A DNA stretch of 32,439 nucleotides from Octopus bimaculoides (lineage: Eukaryota): assembly GCF_001194135.2 (NCBI RefSeq), contig NC_068996.1:25177677-25210115 (forward strand), written 5' to 3'. The notes beneath the pieces were generated by a model, which was given only the letters and a program-made list of their open reading frames with translations, did no database searches and was not told the origin of the DNA. Positions 11,111 to 23,109 of this stretch are shown piece by piece. The translations under genes and the position numbers were made by a program. Every line of letters begins with the position of its first letter. The first letter of the stretch is position 1.

Positions 11111-11433
11111 TATATAATTCTTCTTTTCGAAAAGTGGATTTCAATGCACTTGAAACTAAAAATAACAGCATGTAAATATTGGGTAGAGAATCCCTTTACG
11201 CTGCAAAAGGTTACCGGTAAGAAGGACTAAAGTTTCTAAAATTGATGGATAAATTTGCAGGATTGTTTAGTCCAATAGTGGAACAATGAACATGCCTGCA
11301 GGAGGTGATTTTCAATCCCATATTTACATGATATTATTTATAATTTAATGTGCTCCAAGCTTCACTCTTCCAAAAAAGAATCATCTCATATTCTTTTGAG
11401 GTTTATAAATTCTTATGATATCAACATTATACA

Positions 11434-11434
<1 letters not shown>

Positions 11435-11529
<95 letters not shown>

Positions 11530-12137
11530 TGTGTGTGTGTGTATAGATATATTTGTGAGTGCATGTGTGTATACACACACACATATATATCTATGTGTGT
11601 GTGTGTGTAATATATATACACACAGACATGCATGTGCATATATGTTTGTATATGATATATATGCATATGTACAAACACATGCACACACATAAGTATGTAT
11701 ACTGACATACACATACTTGTGTATCTTTTATTATTACTCACTATTCTGAAAATACCAATTTACTGTGAAAATCTGTTTCTTAGATTTGTACTTTACTACT
11801 GAATAAGATAGGAATCAAAAATACACTCCCATGTAGATAAGACAGAAATATGTGTCATCTAATATTAGAAGAATCTTAATATGAATGTATATGTGTATGT
11901 ATGTGTGTGTGTGTGCATGTGTGTGTGTGTGTGCTTGTGTATGTGTATGTGTGTGTATATATATGTATGTATGTACATATATGTATGTATATATACATAT
12001 GTATTATGTACATATATACATATCTATAAATACATATATGTATGTGTGTGTGTGAGTGTGTCTGTGTTTATATGTTTGTATGCATACACATATATGTACA
12101 CACACATACATACACACACACACATTCACACATGCAT

Positions 12138-12175
<38 letters not shown>

Positions 12176-12187
12176 TCGCACATGTAT

Positions 12188-12220
<33 letters not shown>
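11435..12220. repeat. Compound (CT)n/(TA)n/(TG)n/(CA)n microsatellite field
   Basis: Direct inspection; explains the spurious HT/YI/CV ORFs. Confidence 0.9.
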
Positions 12221-12221
<1 letters not shown>

Positions 12222-13217
12222 CCTGGGTCATTTGTTGCCCAAACATTTGTCTGAAGCCAGGAAATTCTATCAATTGCCCACTGAGAAGATCCTGCCTCTC
12301 AAAGGCTGTAGTCTATAAAGCTACCTTCACACCATCCAATGGCATTAGATAAAATTAAACAGGCATGACAATCTATGGGTTTTTTTTAAAGGAAGTTACA
12401 CCCAGCATGTGCACTTCTTCACCTGCTGAGTTAGGGAAAAATTCTACTTTCCTGACTTGCTTCATCTAGAGACTCTGCAATCATTGGAAATTTTCCTAGA
12501 AATCAAATGGAGTATTATTGATAGAGACCCTCAGTTACTCTCCAGGAACTTACAATTGCTAGCTCTGTCTCTCTGAGAGACTACACATACTTCATCAACC
12601 TCCATCAACAGGGAGAATAAAATACCTTATTGTATCCACCAGAGGTACAACCAATTAATGAATTTCCAACTACTTGCAGCTGATAATCCAGATAGTCCAT
12701 TCTTGGCTTGGCTTCCTCTAAAACTTAAGGGTAGGGTGTTTAATCCCTGCTTCTTGTATAGACTACTGTCCTACCAATGTTGGTGATCTCACTTTGGTTT
12801 TAACCTATCAAATCTGGTTACTCCTATGCAAAGATTGCTGCTGTTAATGTGATTATACACCATTGAATGGTGACTGATCTACTAAACTGTGACAACATCC
12901 AGCTCTACCATGTTTGGTACTAAATGCAATGAACCGATGTTACTGATTACCTTATATGACTGCTTGCCACCAAAGTGGCATCAACTTCATGTCAAAATAC
13001 TGTTGGAGCACATAGGCTTAAGAATAAAGGAGAGAACTGGTGTTGCTTCCTACAGTCAGAGCTGACCATTAGAGTCCTAACATTTAAAAACAATTTTGAA
13101 TTTGTCTCAAATCCCTTACTCTTTTCTCAATACCTGGAACTAAGTCAAAGTGTTATTAAAAATATAAGTAATACCTACAAAATGTGCTTGCTGCCATTTT
13201 CTTTTGTTTGTCTGCTC

Positions 13218-13342
13218 ACTCATATGCATATATACATATATGCATACATACATGCATGTATACATACATACATACACTCATATATGCATACATACATATA
13301 CACATACATGCGTACACATATACACACAAACACACATGTGCA

Positions 13343-13392
<50 letters not shown>

Positions 13393-13410
13393 CATGCATA
13401 CACATACAAA
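13218..13410. repeat. (CATA)n/(CA)n microsatellite
   Basis: Direct inspection. Confidence 0.9.
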
Positions 13411-13639
13411 TAAACATAAAATGACCTCCATACTGTTGGAAAGCAATATTTTCACATTTTAAGATGGAGGGAAGGGAGTCATTGTGGTAGCATTGATATT
13501 TCACCTCTTCCATGTCAACCAATGTTATTTCTTATTTATGTATAAGTTTGAAAGTTCATCCAACACAAAGGAATTCCAACTAAATGAAATCTCCAAGCAG
13601 CTTAAATGCACAATGCTCTGATATCCAAATGGCTACTTT

Positions 13640-13714
13640 TCCTCTACTATAGCTTCAGGCTGACCAAAACCTTGTGAGTGGATTTGGTAGACAGAAAATG
13701 AAAGAAGCCTGTCA
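13640..13714 (+). mobile_element. SINE family A, middle fragment
   Basis: CTACTATAGC..GACCAAAACCTTGTGAGTGGATTTGGTAGACAGAAA.TGAAAGAAGCC matches 27700-27775. Confidence 0.8.
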
Positions 13715-13752
13715 TACATACATATACATACATACATACATACATACATACA

Positions 13753-14005
<253 letters not shown>

Positions 14006-14132
14006 TATGGAAAACAAAATTATTTTATTCCACATGGATAGAAATATAGGGAAAATAGAAGTTGAAAAGGCACTGAGAATAGTTAAAATATTTTTGGGTG
14101 CATGAAAGCACCCCGGTGTCATACAAATGGCA

Positions 14133-14167
14133 TTTAGTTACAATCAAGTCACTTGATTGTAACTAAA
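14133..14167. repeat. 35-bp near-perfect palindrome (17-bp arms, 1-nt centre)
   Basis: TTTAGTTACAATCAAGT-C-ACTTGATTGTAACTAAA. Confidence 0.95.
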
Positions 14168-14448
14168 CATGTTCACTCAACTGTGTCGGCCTTCATTCTA
14201 GGTGCAAAGTATACTGCTACATGACACTAATGCATGGATGTAGTGGGAACTACAAAAATTTCATATAGAGGGTTCTAAACTTAATTGTGTTCATTCTCTA
14301 CAAACACTTGACAGAAAACATTCAGAGCATTGACTGTTTAGTACTACCACTAGACTTGTTCAGTCAACCATGTCAGCCTTAACTTAGGACACCAAACATT
14401 GTCACTTGATACTAACACAAGGACATAGTAGGGAACTACAAAAATTTC
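14165..14448 (+). repeat. Diverged direct duplication (about 97 bp, period about 187) ending in GGGAACTACAAAAATTTC
   Basis: 14165-14262 aligns by eye with 14352-14448. Confidence 0.7.
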
Positions 14449-14455
14449 TAAGACC

Positions 14456-14560
14456 AGTCACGTGACTATCCTCTATCAATCAAACCCTATTCAAAACATA
14501 TACTAATTTGAGCCATGAACTCCCTATAAAAATAGGGCAAGCTTCAAACACTAGTAAGAA
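14456..14560 (+). promoter_or_regulatory. Candidate promoter: E-box palindrome, TATA, Inr-like element
   Basis: AGTCACGTGACT 14456-14467; TATAAAAA 14525-14532; ACACTAGT 14548-14555, with the central A 28 nt after the TATA start. Confidence 0.35.
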
Positions 14561-14795
14561 GCAAAACAGCTGCAAAATAAGCCACGTCTTTCTATTTGAA
14601 CTTTTTGAAAAACAATGTAAACTATGAAACTGGTTAAATCTTTAAATATAATAATAAAAACTATTTTAACTATTCTCAGTGCATTTTCAACTTCTATTTT
14701 ACCTATATATACATATAGGTAAAGTAAATGTTATAGGTAATACTTGATAATTGTAAGCACCTGTGTATGCCAGATCGTGACTGGGGTGAAAGAAT

Positions 14796-15081
14796 AAATT
14801 TAAAACGTAAAAATAAAAACAGAACACAAAGGATTCCGCGGTACACATGTTTCAAGCTTTATAGTCGTTGCATCATTATATTGGTATATAATTGATAGAC
14901 AGGATGGTATAAAGCTATCTTCAGCCGCAAATATATTCTTTCCAAGTATTATATCACAAAGAAGAAGTCACCAAGAAAAAAGTAAAAGAGGGAGAAACAT
15001 GAGAGGCAACGACTATAAAGCTTGAAACACGTGTACTGTGGAATCCTTTGTGTTGTGTTTTTATTTTTACGTTTTTAATTT
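14796..15081. mobile_element. Fold-back cassette: 76-bp inverted arms, 134-bp spacer, decayed hammerhead 3' half in the arms
   Basis: 14796-14871 vs reverse complement of 15006-15081: 71/76; GAAA-CACGTG-TA at 15024-15035; (TA)n follows. Confidence 0.7.
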
Positions 15082-15091
15082 ATATATACAT

Positions 15092-15126
<35 letters not shown>

Positions 15127-15254
15127 CTCATGTTCCAGAGCAGAAGCTAGAAGTTTTAAGGCTGGTCCCCCAACAGGATTGACCTGCAAGAATCTTGTGC
15201 CCATGCTACATAAAAACCCTTTGTGCTGGTGCATGTACAAGTGCTTGTATGGTG

Positions 15255-15425
15255 CCACATAAAAGCATCCAGCACACTCTGTAAAGTGGTTGGCATTATG
15301 AATGGCATCCAGCTGTAGAAACCATGCCAAATCAGACTGGAGCCTGGTGCAGCTTTCCAGCATGCCAGCCTGGTCAAACCATCCAACCCATGCCAGCATG
15401 GACAGCAGACGTTAAATGATGATGA
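15255..15425 (+). mobile_element. RTE LINE 3' tail
   Basis: Matches 4465-4645. Confidence 0.8.
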
Positions 15426-15429
15426 TATA

Positions 15430-15662
15430 TGTGTGTCTTTGTGCCTGTGTTTGTCCTCCACCACCACTTGACAACCATGTCAGTGTGTTTACATCTTCAT
15501 AACTTAGCAGTTTGACAAAGAGATAGATTGTATAAGTTACAGGCTTTAAGAAAAAAAATGAACGGAAAAGAATTGGGTTGATTCATTCAGTTAAAAATTC
15601 TTCAAGGTGGTGCCCCAGTATGGCTACAGTCTAATAGCTGAAACAAATAAAAGATAAAAGAT
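15430..15662 (+). mobile_element. SINE family A, diverged 3' half
   Basis: TGTTTGTCC..CTTGACAACC..TAACTTAGC..GGTGGTGCCCCAG.ATGGC..CTGAAACAA.TAAAAGA matches 27825-28028. Confidence 0.75.
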
Positions 15663-16100
15663 ACACACACATATACTTACACATATATATATATGTGGTT
15701 GTTTGATGTAGTTAACCATGTTCACTTAACCACTGAGTGCTTTCTAGATATCTGCCTGCATTATAAATCCCTTTTAACATTATGAATCCCTTTTACCTCT
15801 CATCTGTACCACTTGTGGAAATTAGTTTCTGAGCAAGAACTGGACTCTTCAATCACCTCAGGATCCATCAATAATATAAATTAAAAAAAACAAAAATAAA
15901 AACAAAATCCATCATCCTTGACCTTGAGAGATAGCCACGATGTGCTTTCCCTAGATTTTTTTTCCTTCTCTAGATTTTTTTCCTTCTCTGGATTTTTTCT
16001 TTCTCTTTTCTCCACCTTTACTGAGTGTCATGCTAATGCATTCCATATATGCATCTTTTGTTGTTTTGTTATTTTTAATGTTCAGTTTAATGTTTGATTT

Positions 16101-18368
16101 GACGTTCACTATCCATGGCCTCATCTCCTCCTCTCGTCTCCAACTTTATTGTCTGCACTCCACCCCCCCATCCCCCACCATTTACTTACTTCCCCAAATC
16201 CACAAGCCCAATAACTCTGGCCGCCCCATCATCTCCACCTGTAACTGCCCCATGGAACTGATCTCGAAATATCTCAACGATGTCCTTGCCCCTCCCTGCA
16301 AGTGGCTTCCCTCTCCTCCCACATCCACGATATTAACCAGGCACTCCGTCTTTTCAACTCTTTCTCCTTCCCTCCTGGCCCTTCTAAACTTCTCTTCACT
16401 CTTGATATCAAAGTCTATATATGGTTATCCCACACAACAAAGGACTTCTTACCCTCAAACACTCCTTAGACCTTCAACCCAACCCCTAGTGTGACACATC
16501 CACACTTCTTCGTCTGGTCAAACTTGTTCTCTTCCTCAACTGCTTCTCGTTTGCAAGGGAGTTCTACAAACAGTTCTCGGGAGTAGCCATAGGAATGAGA
16601 ATGGGCCCCAACTATGCGAACCTGTTCGTTGGCTACTTTGAAGACCAAATATTTTCAAGATTCACTGGTCCTGATTCTGAACTATATGGTCATTATATTG
16701 ATGACTGTATCAGTGCAACTTCACTCTCCCACGAACAACTAGACTCCTTCCTGTCTTTTATCCAATCCTTCCATCCTGCCCTCAAATTCTCCTGCACCAT
16801 TTCAAACACTTCCGTTGCCTTTCTTGACATTTCAGTCAACATACACAGCTCTGCTCTCATTACCTCCATCCACTACAAACACACTGACTCACACTCATAC
16901 CTCAACTTCTCCTCCTTCCACTTTACTGACACCAAGCTCTCCGTCCCCTACTCCTAATTCCTCCATCTGTGCAGGCTCTGCAGTGACAACCACGACTTTG
17001 GGACTCAGTCTCAACTCATGGCTTGACACTTCCTTTGTGAATATCCCCTCACCACTATCCACACCGCCCTTACCAGAGTATATTCCGTGGACCATGCCTC
17101 TGCTCTCTCACACCCACCCCACCGTTGCCCATCTACCATTTCTCCTTACCTACCATCCCTCCATCCTGCTCCTCCAACACACCATTCTCTGAGCCTTCCG
17201 GCGACTCCAGTCTGACCCTTCCACTTCACACATCTCCCCCCAGCTTACCCCTTCCCTCCTTCAAACAAGCCCATAACTTATGTGACCTCCTGGTCCACAG
17301 ATTCTTCCCTAACCCCACCTCCCAACCTGGTTTGATCCCAGCTCCCACCCATGCTGCTGCACTTGCCCATACCTCTCCAACACCACCATCCTCACAGGCA
17401 CCCATCATTGTCCCTATCATATCACTGACTTCTTTACCTGCACTTTTAGCAATGTCATTTACTGCATCTCCTGCTCTTTCTGCCCTTCTCTGTACATCAG
17501 TCAAAAGGGATGCCGCTTGGTTGAACGGTTCACAGAGCACCTCTGAGACATTAGACTCAGCAATGACACCCTAGTCTCACACCATTTCTGCTCTACCGGT
17601 CATTCATTACAATACCTGTTTGGATTGTCTTTGCACAGAGGCCATCTAGACTCCCACCTTCACCATGAACAGGAATTAATCTTCTCTCTTCACTCCTTTG
17701 CATCACATGGGCTCAACTCCCCTCCCCTCTTCATCTAACTCCCCTCCTCTCCTCTCTTCATCTAACACCTACTTCCTCTCTTCACTCATACCCACCTTCT
17801 CCCTTCATTGATACCCCCACCATCCATACCCTACCCCTACACATTCCACCCCACATCTTCACTCCACCTTACATCCTCACCCCAAACCCACATGCCATCC
17901 TCACATCTCCACACACCCACACCACACACAACCACACATCACACCACCCCATAGCACTCTGCACACACTAGCACTGACCACTTCCCAGTACCCACACCAT
18001 CGTCCACACAACCACACATTACAGATACACACATCAAAGCCACCACCCCTATCCACATGCAAACACTTACACACTCTCACATACACACACATATGTGCAC
18101 CTTCATTTTGAGATCACCAGTACTTTATTATCTCCCCATCTTCCTAGCTCTCCTGTTCAACTAACTTTTTCTAACCAGTTGCCATGATTGACTGCTAAAT
18201 CTACAAGTTTTTTTAATTCTCTATTTATTTCTTTGTGCTCCTTTCTGGCGAAGTGCATGGGCTCAAAGCATAAAAGACTTTCTCCCCTTCCCGAGCATTA
18301 AACTAATACACCTACTTGTTGTTTATACACCTGCCTTCGTCTTTTGTTTCTCTATAAATTTCAACTAT
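16101..18368 (+). mobile_element. Penelope-like retroelement (RT + GIY-YIG), frameshifted, with C-rich 3' region and terminal repeat-like tail
   Basis: IYLLPQIHKPNNSGRPIIS; GMRMGPNYANLFVGY..YIDD..FLDI..IHYKHTDSHSYL (PLE RT); C..SNVIYCISC..C..LYIS at about 17440-17510 (GIY-YIG); decayed hammerhead at 18239-18277. Confidence 0.9.
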
Positions 18369-18802
18369 NNNNNNNNNNNNNNNNNNNNNNNNNNNNNNNN
18401 NNNNNNNNNNNNNNNNNNNNNNNNNNNNNNNNNNNNNNNNNNNNNNNNNNNNNNNNNNNNNNNNNNNNNNNNNNNNNNNNNNNNNNNNNNNNNNNNNNNN
18501 NNNNNNNNNNNNNNNNNNNNNNNNNNNNNNNNNNNNNNNNNNNNNNNNNNNNNNNNNNNNNNNNNNNNNNNNNNNNNNNNNNNNNNNNNNNNNNNNAAAA
18601 AGGGAAAATTCAGTTGCTACTAATAGTGACTGAGGGTACAGGGTAGTATCTAGATTGCTAGAAACAAGAGTCAAAGACCCATATAGCCACAAAAAACACA
18701 TTAACAGGGGAGATGATAGCTCCACTGTGAGTGAGGTCACTATACTAGAGAGCTAGTTTTGTTTGGAATTAAAGCTCATCAATAACGATTACTCCATACA
18801 TA

Positions 18803-20045
18803 CAGGGGTTGAACAAAATAATGGAACCACCTTAAAATTTCAAACAAATTTATTTTAATATGGGTTAGGACCGCCCTTGACAGTAATTACAGCATGAATT
18901 CTATGAGGCATGGGTTCATACAAAGTTTGAATTGTTTCCAAAGGAATTTTTGTCCATTCTTCACCTAAAACAGTTTCCAGTTCTTGTAGTGATGATGCTG
19001 GAGGATATCAACTTCTTACTTGTTTTTCTAAAATGCACCATAAATGTTCAATAATATTGAGAGCTGGGGGCTGTGGTGGCCAGATAAGATGTTCAACTTC
19101 ATTAGAATGTTCCTCGTGCCATTCAGTAACAACTTTAGCTATGCGAATTGGTGCATTATCATCCTGAAAGATTGTGTTTCCCTTCAGAAACAGTTCCATA
19201 ACCATAGGATGAATTTGATCAGATAAAATGCTTAAATAGTCTTGATTACTAATTCTGCCATGGAGGGAAACCATTGACCCAGTGGATTTCCAAAATATAG
19301 CCCCCAGATCATTAAAGATCCTCCTCTATGTTTAACAGTTGGAAGAAGGCAGTCTGGGTCAAATGCTTCTTTTGGTTGTCTCCACACGTAAAGTCAGCCA
19401 GTGGTCGGAAATAGGGTAAAGGATTACTTGTCCAAGAAAATAACATTCTTCCACTGCTCTAGAGACCAATTCTGTAGGTTTTTACTCCACTCTAAATGCT
19501 TTGCAACATTTATTTTGAAAGTAGTGGTTTTCTTATTACAGCCCTCCCATGAAATCCAGCTTTGTACAGCTCCTGGCGAACAGTTTTTGTGGAAACTGGC
19601 TTCTTGAGGTGGTCATTAAGCTCTGCAGTAATTTTGGGAGCTGTACTTTTGTGATCCTTTCTAACAATTCGTGTTTTGGTTTTCTTCCGGAGTTTTGTTT
19701 CAGCAAGGAGGTTTTTCCCTCTTTCTAAAAGGCTGTCATTACTTTCGAGACAATACTTCTTGATACACCAAATATTTCGGATGTTTTGGTTACACTAGCA
19801 CCTGCCATATGAGCACCAACAATTCGACCTCTTTGAAAGTCCAATAGATCTGTCAATTTAATTAATTTTAATTACCTTTATCTGATGATATCTGAAAAGA
19901 AACAGCAATTTTACCAAAACATATTAAACAACACTAATAATAAATCAAAAAACATAAAAATAAACAAGCTTCTGATGGTTTTATAGATATTTCAAAATTA
20001 TGATGCTATGATGCTAGGTGTTTCCATTATTTTGTCCAAACTCTG
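18803..20045 (-). mobile_element. Full-length 1243-bp Tc1-superfamily transposon, DD36E, inactivated
   Basis: About 30-bp TIRs CAGGGGTTGAACAAAATAATGGAACCACCT / reverse complement CAGAGTTTGGACAAAATAATGGAAACACCT; TA on both flanks; transposase about 19857-18850 with stops and frameshifts, FQDDNAP..LNIIEHLW. Confidence 0.95.
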
Positions 20046-20465
20046 TATATATATATATATATNNNNNNNNNNNNNNNNNNNNNNNNNNNNNNNNNNNNNN
20101 NNNNNNNNNNNNNNNNNNNNNNNNNNNNNNNNNNNNNNNNNNNNNNNNNNNNNNNNNNNNNNNNNNNNNNNNNNNNNNNNNNNNNNNNNNNNNNNNNNNN
20201 NNNNNNNNNNNNNNNNNNNNNNNNNNNNNNNNNNNNNNNNNNNNNNNNNNNNNNNNNNNNNNNNNNNNNNNNNNNNNNNNNNNNNNNNNNNNNNNNNNNN
20301 NNNNNNNNNNNNNNNNNNNNNNNNNNNNNNNNNNNNNNNNNNNNNNNNNNNNNNNNNNNNNNNNNNNNNNNNNNNTTGTGCCAGGTTAGCCAATAAAAAC
20401 ACACGCACTGTATATTTGGTGTTAATTTGCTTCAGCTTTATATTACATTAATCTTAATCTTATTT

Positions 20466-20510
20466 CGGCCAGAGTTCTTTCGTCACACTTCTGTGACCTC
20501 ATCAGTGGTC
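20466..20510 (-). ncRNA. Minimal hammerhead ribozyme motif (inverted copy)
   Basis: Exact reverse complement of 21136-21180. Confidence 0.55.
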
Positions 20511-21135
20511 TTTTGTTTCCTTCTTTCTTATGTGTGTCTCACCTTGCTAACTATCAGCCATTTTGTATTTTGTATTCCTATTGTATGTGTCTACGCATGC
20601 GTGTCCTTCAATGTGTCTGTGTCTTTTGTAAGTGCATGTGTGTATGGGGAGTGTCTGTATCACCTATATTCTCTGTTAATACGTGTTCGTTTGTATTTGT
20701 TTTTATTTATTTGTTCATGTGTGTGTTTTTTTTTGTTTTTTTTGTGGTCTATAGTATAAGATGTACAGAGGGACGATGCAGAAATAAGACAATGACATAT
20801 GTAGGCGAAACAGCAAGGAGCATAGGGGAGCGGGCAAACGAACATTGGAGGGAACTTAAGGAAGGGAAGAACTCATCAGTTCTGTACCAGCACGCTGAGC
20901 AAGAACATAGAGGCTCAATCAACAACATAGAAATTAAAATCTTATCTACACATAGCAGTGATGCAGCACTTAGACAAATTACTGAAGCTACACACATAAT
21001 AGAAGAGAAACCTAGCCTGAATAGGAAACTAGAATGGAANNNNNNNNNNGCGTAGACACATACAATAGGAATACAAAATACAAAATGGCTGATAGTTAGC
21101 AAGGTGAGACACACATAAGAAAGAAGGAAACAAAA

Positions 21136-21180
21136 GACCACTGATGAGGTCACAGAAGTGTGACGAAAGAACTCTGGCCG
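21136..21180 (+). ncRNA. Minimal hammerhead ribozyme motif
   Basis: CTGATGA 21141-21147, extra G, stem II GTCACA-GAAG-TGTGAC, GAAA 21165-21168, 2-bp stem III, CUC site 21172-21174, short stem I CCA/TGG. Confidence 0.55.
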
Positions 21181-21289
21181 AAATAAGATTAAGATTAATG
21201 TAATATAAAGCTGAAGCAAATTAACACCAAATATACAGTGCGTGTGTTTTTATTGGCTAAACTGGCAATATGACCATCCCCAAGTACAT

Positions 21290-21323
<34 letters not shown>

Positions 21324-21449
21324 TGCAGTCTGGTGCAGCCTCCCCCATTTGCTTGCCAATTCTGGTCACACCATCCAGCCTATGCCAGCATAGACAACAG
21401 ATATTAAATGATGATGATATACACACATACATACATACATACATACATA

Positions 21450-21807
21450 CAGGCATACCTCAACTTGTTACATCATTCAAGTTACATCTTTTTCAACTTT
21501 ACATCACTCCTTTAAGATATTAAGGAGAATAAAATATACCTCAACTTCAATTGAGTTATCTGACTTTACATCAGTCTCAATGAATGTATTTCAAATCATA
21601 AATATAAAAAAAAAAATACATAAACACCTAAAAAATCAATACTGAAACAGAAAATCAAATAAAATACATGTGAAAATATGTATGAGCCATTTACCAAAAC
21701 AGATGTAAGTTGATAAAGTTTCAAAAATTCCTTTTCCTGATATGCTGATTTTCAAATTAAGTTGCAAGTCTTGGAACCAATTATCAACTTATATTGAGGT
21801 ATGCCTG
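21450..21807. mobile_element. Tigger/pogo-like MITE, 358 bp
   Basis: 14-bp perfect TIR CAGGCATACCTCAA / TTGAGGTATGCCTG; TA on the left flank; TIR start resembles Tigger1 as recalled. Confidence 0.75.
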
Positions 21808-21944
21808 AATATTAATGTGTGTGTGCGAGAGTGAGAGAGAGTGTGTGGGTTTCATGTTTCCCCTCTGTGTCAGCTGGTTGTAAACAATGGCTTCTCTGAC
21901 AGCATCAGTTTTTTTTCCAGTTCTCTGCAAGGACCAATGATGTT

Positions 21945-22025
21945 GCAACTCATTTCTACAGCTGAGTGAACTGGAGCACAATGTGAATAAAGTGCCTTGC
22001 TGAAGAACACAATATACAGCCTGGT
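21945..22025 (-). mobile_element. SINE family B central-domain fragment
   Basis: CTCATTT..CAGCTGAGTGAACTGGAGCA..AAAGTGCCTTGCT.AAGAACACAA resembles 2900-2965. Confidence 0.55.
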
Positions 22026-22029
22026 CCAA

Positions 22030-22276
22030 CATCAGTTGTCAAGCCATGTTGGGGAGACAAACACACACATACGCATGCACAGACACACGCACAAACACGC
22101 ACAGACACACACACACACACACAGAGTTTCTGTTTACTGTCAGTTTCCGTATACTCACAAGGCTTTGGTTGGCCCAAAGCTATATTAGAAGACACTTGCC
22201 CAAGGTGCCACACAGTGGGACTGAACCTGGAACCATGTGGTTGGTAAGCAAGCTTCTTACCACACAGCCACTCCTG
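22030..22276 (-). mobile_element. SINE family A (head, body, internal microsatellite; 3'-truncated)
   Basis: Reverse complement matches 27621-27860. Confidence 0.85.
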
Positions 22277-22357
22277 CAACTATTCAGATATAAGGCAATC
22301 TTTATCTCCAACTTAATGTGTAAACTGTGTTAAAACACAGAATACTGCATTATTTAC

Positions 22358-22492
22358 CTTTTGAGAGGACCTCTCATTTGGACTCAGAGTGCATAAAAGC
22401 ACTTGCATTTATATTAATGATAGACAGGAATAGCTGCTAGAACTGCCAAATCATATGATTTCACTCTGCTTTGGATCCTCAGTGGCAGACGT
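22358..22492 (-). other. Candidate second exon of the minus-strand transcript from the 23389 promoter
   Basis: Pyrimidine-rich stretch plus CCAG acceptor (22494-22493; alternative at 22512-22511); donor AAG|GTAAAT at 22358/22357; no through-reading frame. Confidence 0.3.
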
Positions 22493-23109
22493 CTGGTAGC
22501 AACATAAAGGCTTGTAGGAAACGACCATGCGAACCAAAGGAGATGGCAACGAACAGGAGAAGGCTCCTTTTAATGTGTCACACGGTCGAACACAAAAACA
22601 TATATAACATGATATATGAAGGGCTCACAATGTGAGATGCGAGCAAGTGCCAGTAAAGGAAAGAGAGAGAGTGACAGACAACCGTTAGATATATATAAAG
22701 AGTAGGTTTATTAACATAGTGAACAGTGTGTCTGTATGTGTGTGCATGCGGCAATATAAACAATACAATGTGTATGTCAGGCCTTCTTGTACAAGAGTAT
22801 GTATACAACAATATGAATGACGGACCGTCGTATAAGCAAGACTGTGAGTACAATATGTGTGAATACAATAATATGTGTGTAAGTGTGAATGTGTAATATG
22901 TGTGTAATAATATGTGTATAAGTGTGAATACAGAGCATAGAATGAGAGTCTGTAACACAGTACATAAGCATCCTGAACAAAGATAGAGAAATACCAGTTC
23001 GTATAAGAGTTACACAAGAGAATGTTCGTATGCAACAAGTTGTAGCCAAGGAACAGAGCTGTGGTGTCACATGTGTGTGAAGTTGAGCATCGATGCTGTG
23101 ACCGGTTAC

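Larger units (their letters stand above)
20379..21267 (+). mobile_element. Penelope-like element 3' end: GIY-YIG C-terminus flanked by 218-bp inverted terminal repeats
   Basis: VVYSIRC..TYVGETARSIGERANEH..RQITEA..PSLNRKLEW (about 20742-21039); 20379-20596 equals the reverse complement of 21050-21267 with 1 mismatch. Confidence 0.85.

Noticed and set aside
12500-13020. Possible very old CR1/L2-type LINE 3' end
   Set aside because: Only vague motif resemblance (NVGDLTL); not supportable without a profile search
15810-15880. Minus-strand mini-ORF MDPEVIEESSSCSETNFHKWYR as an exon
   Set aside because: No clear acceptor, weak donor, no recognised homology
17720-18100. G-quadruplex potential on the minus strand
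   Set aside because: G-runs are separated by long irregular loops; explained by the C-rich low-complexity tail of the Penelope element
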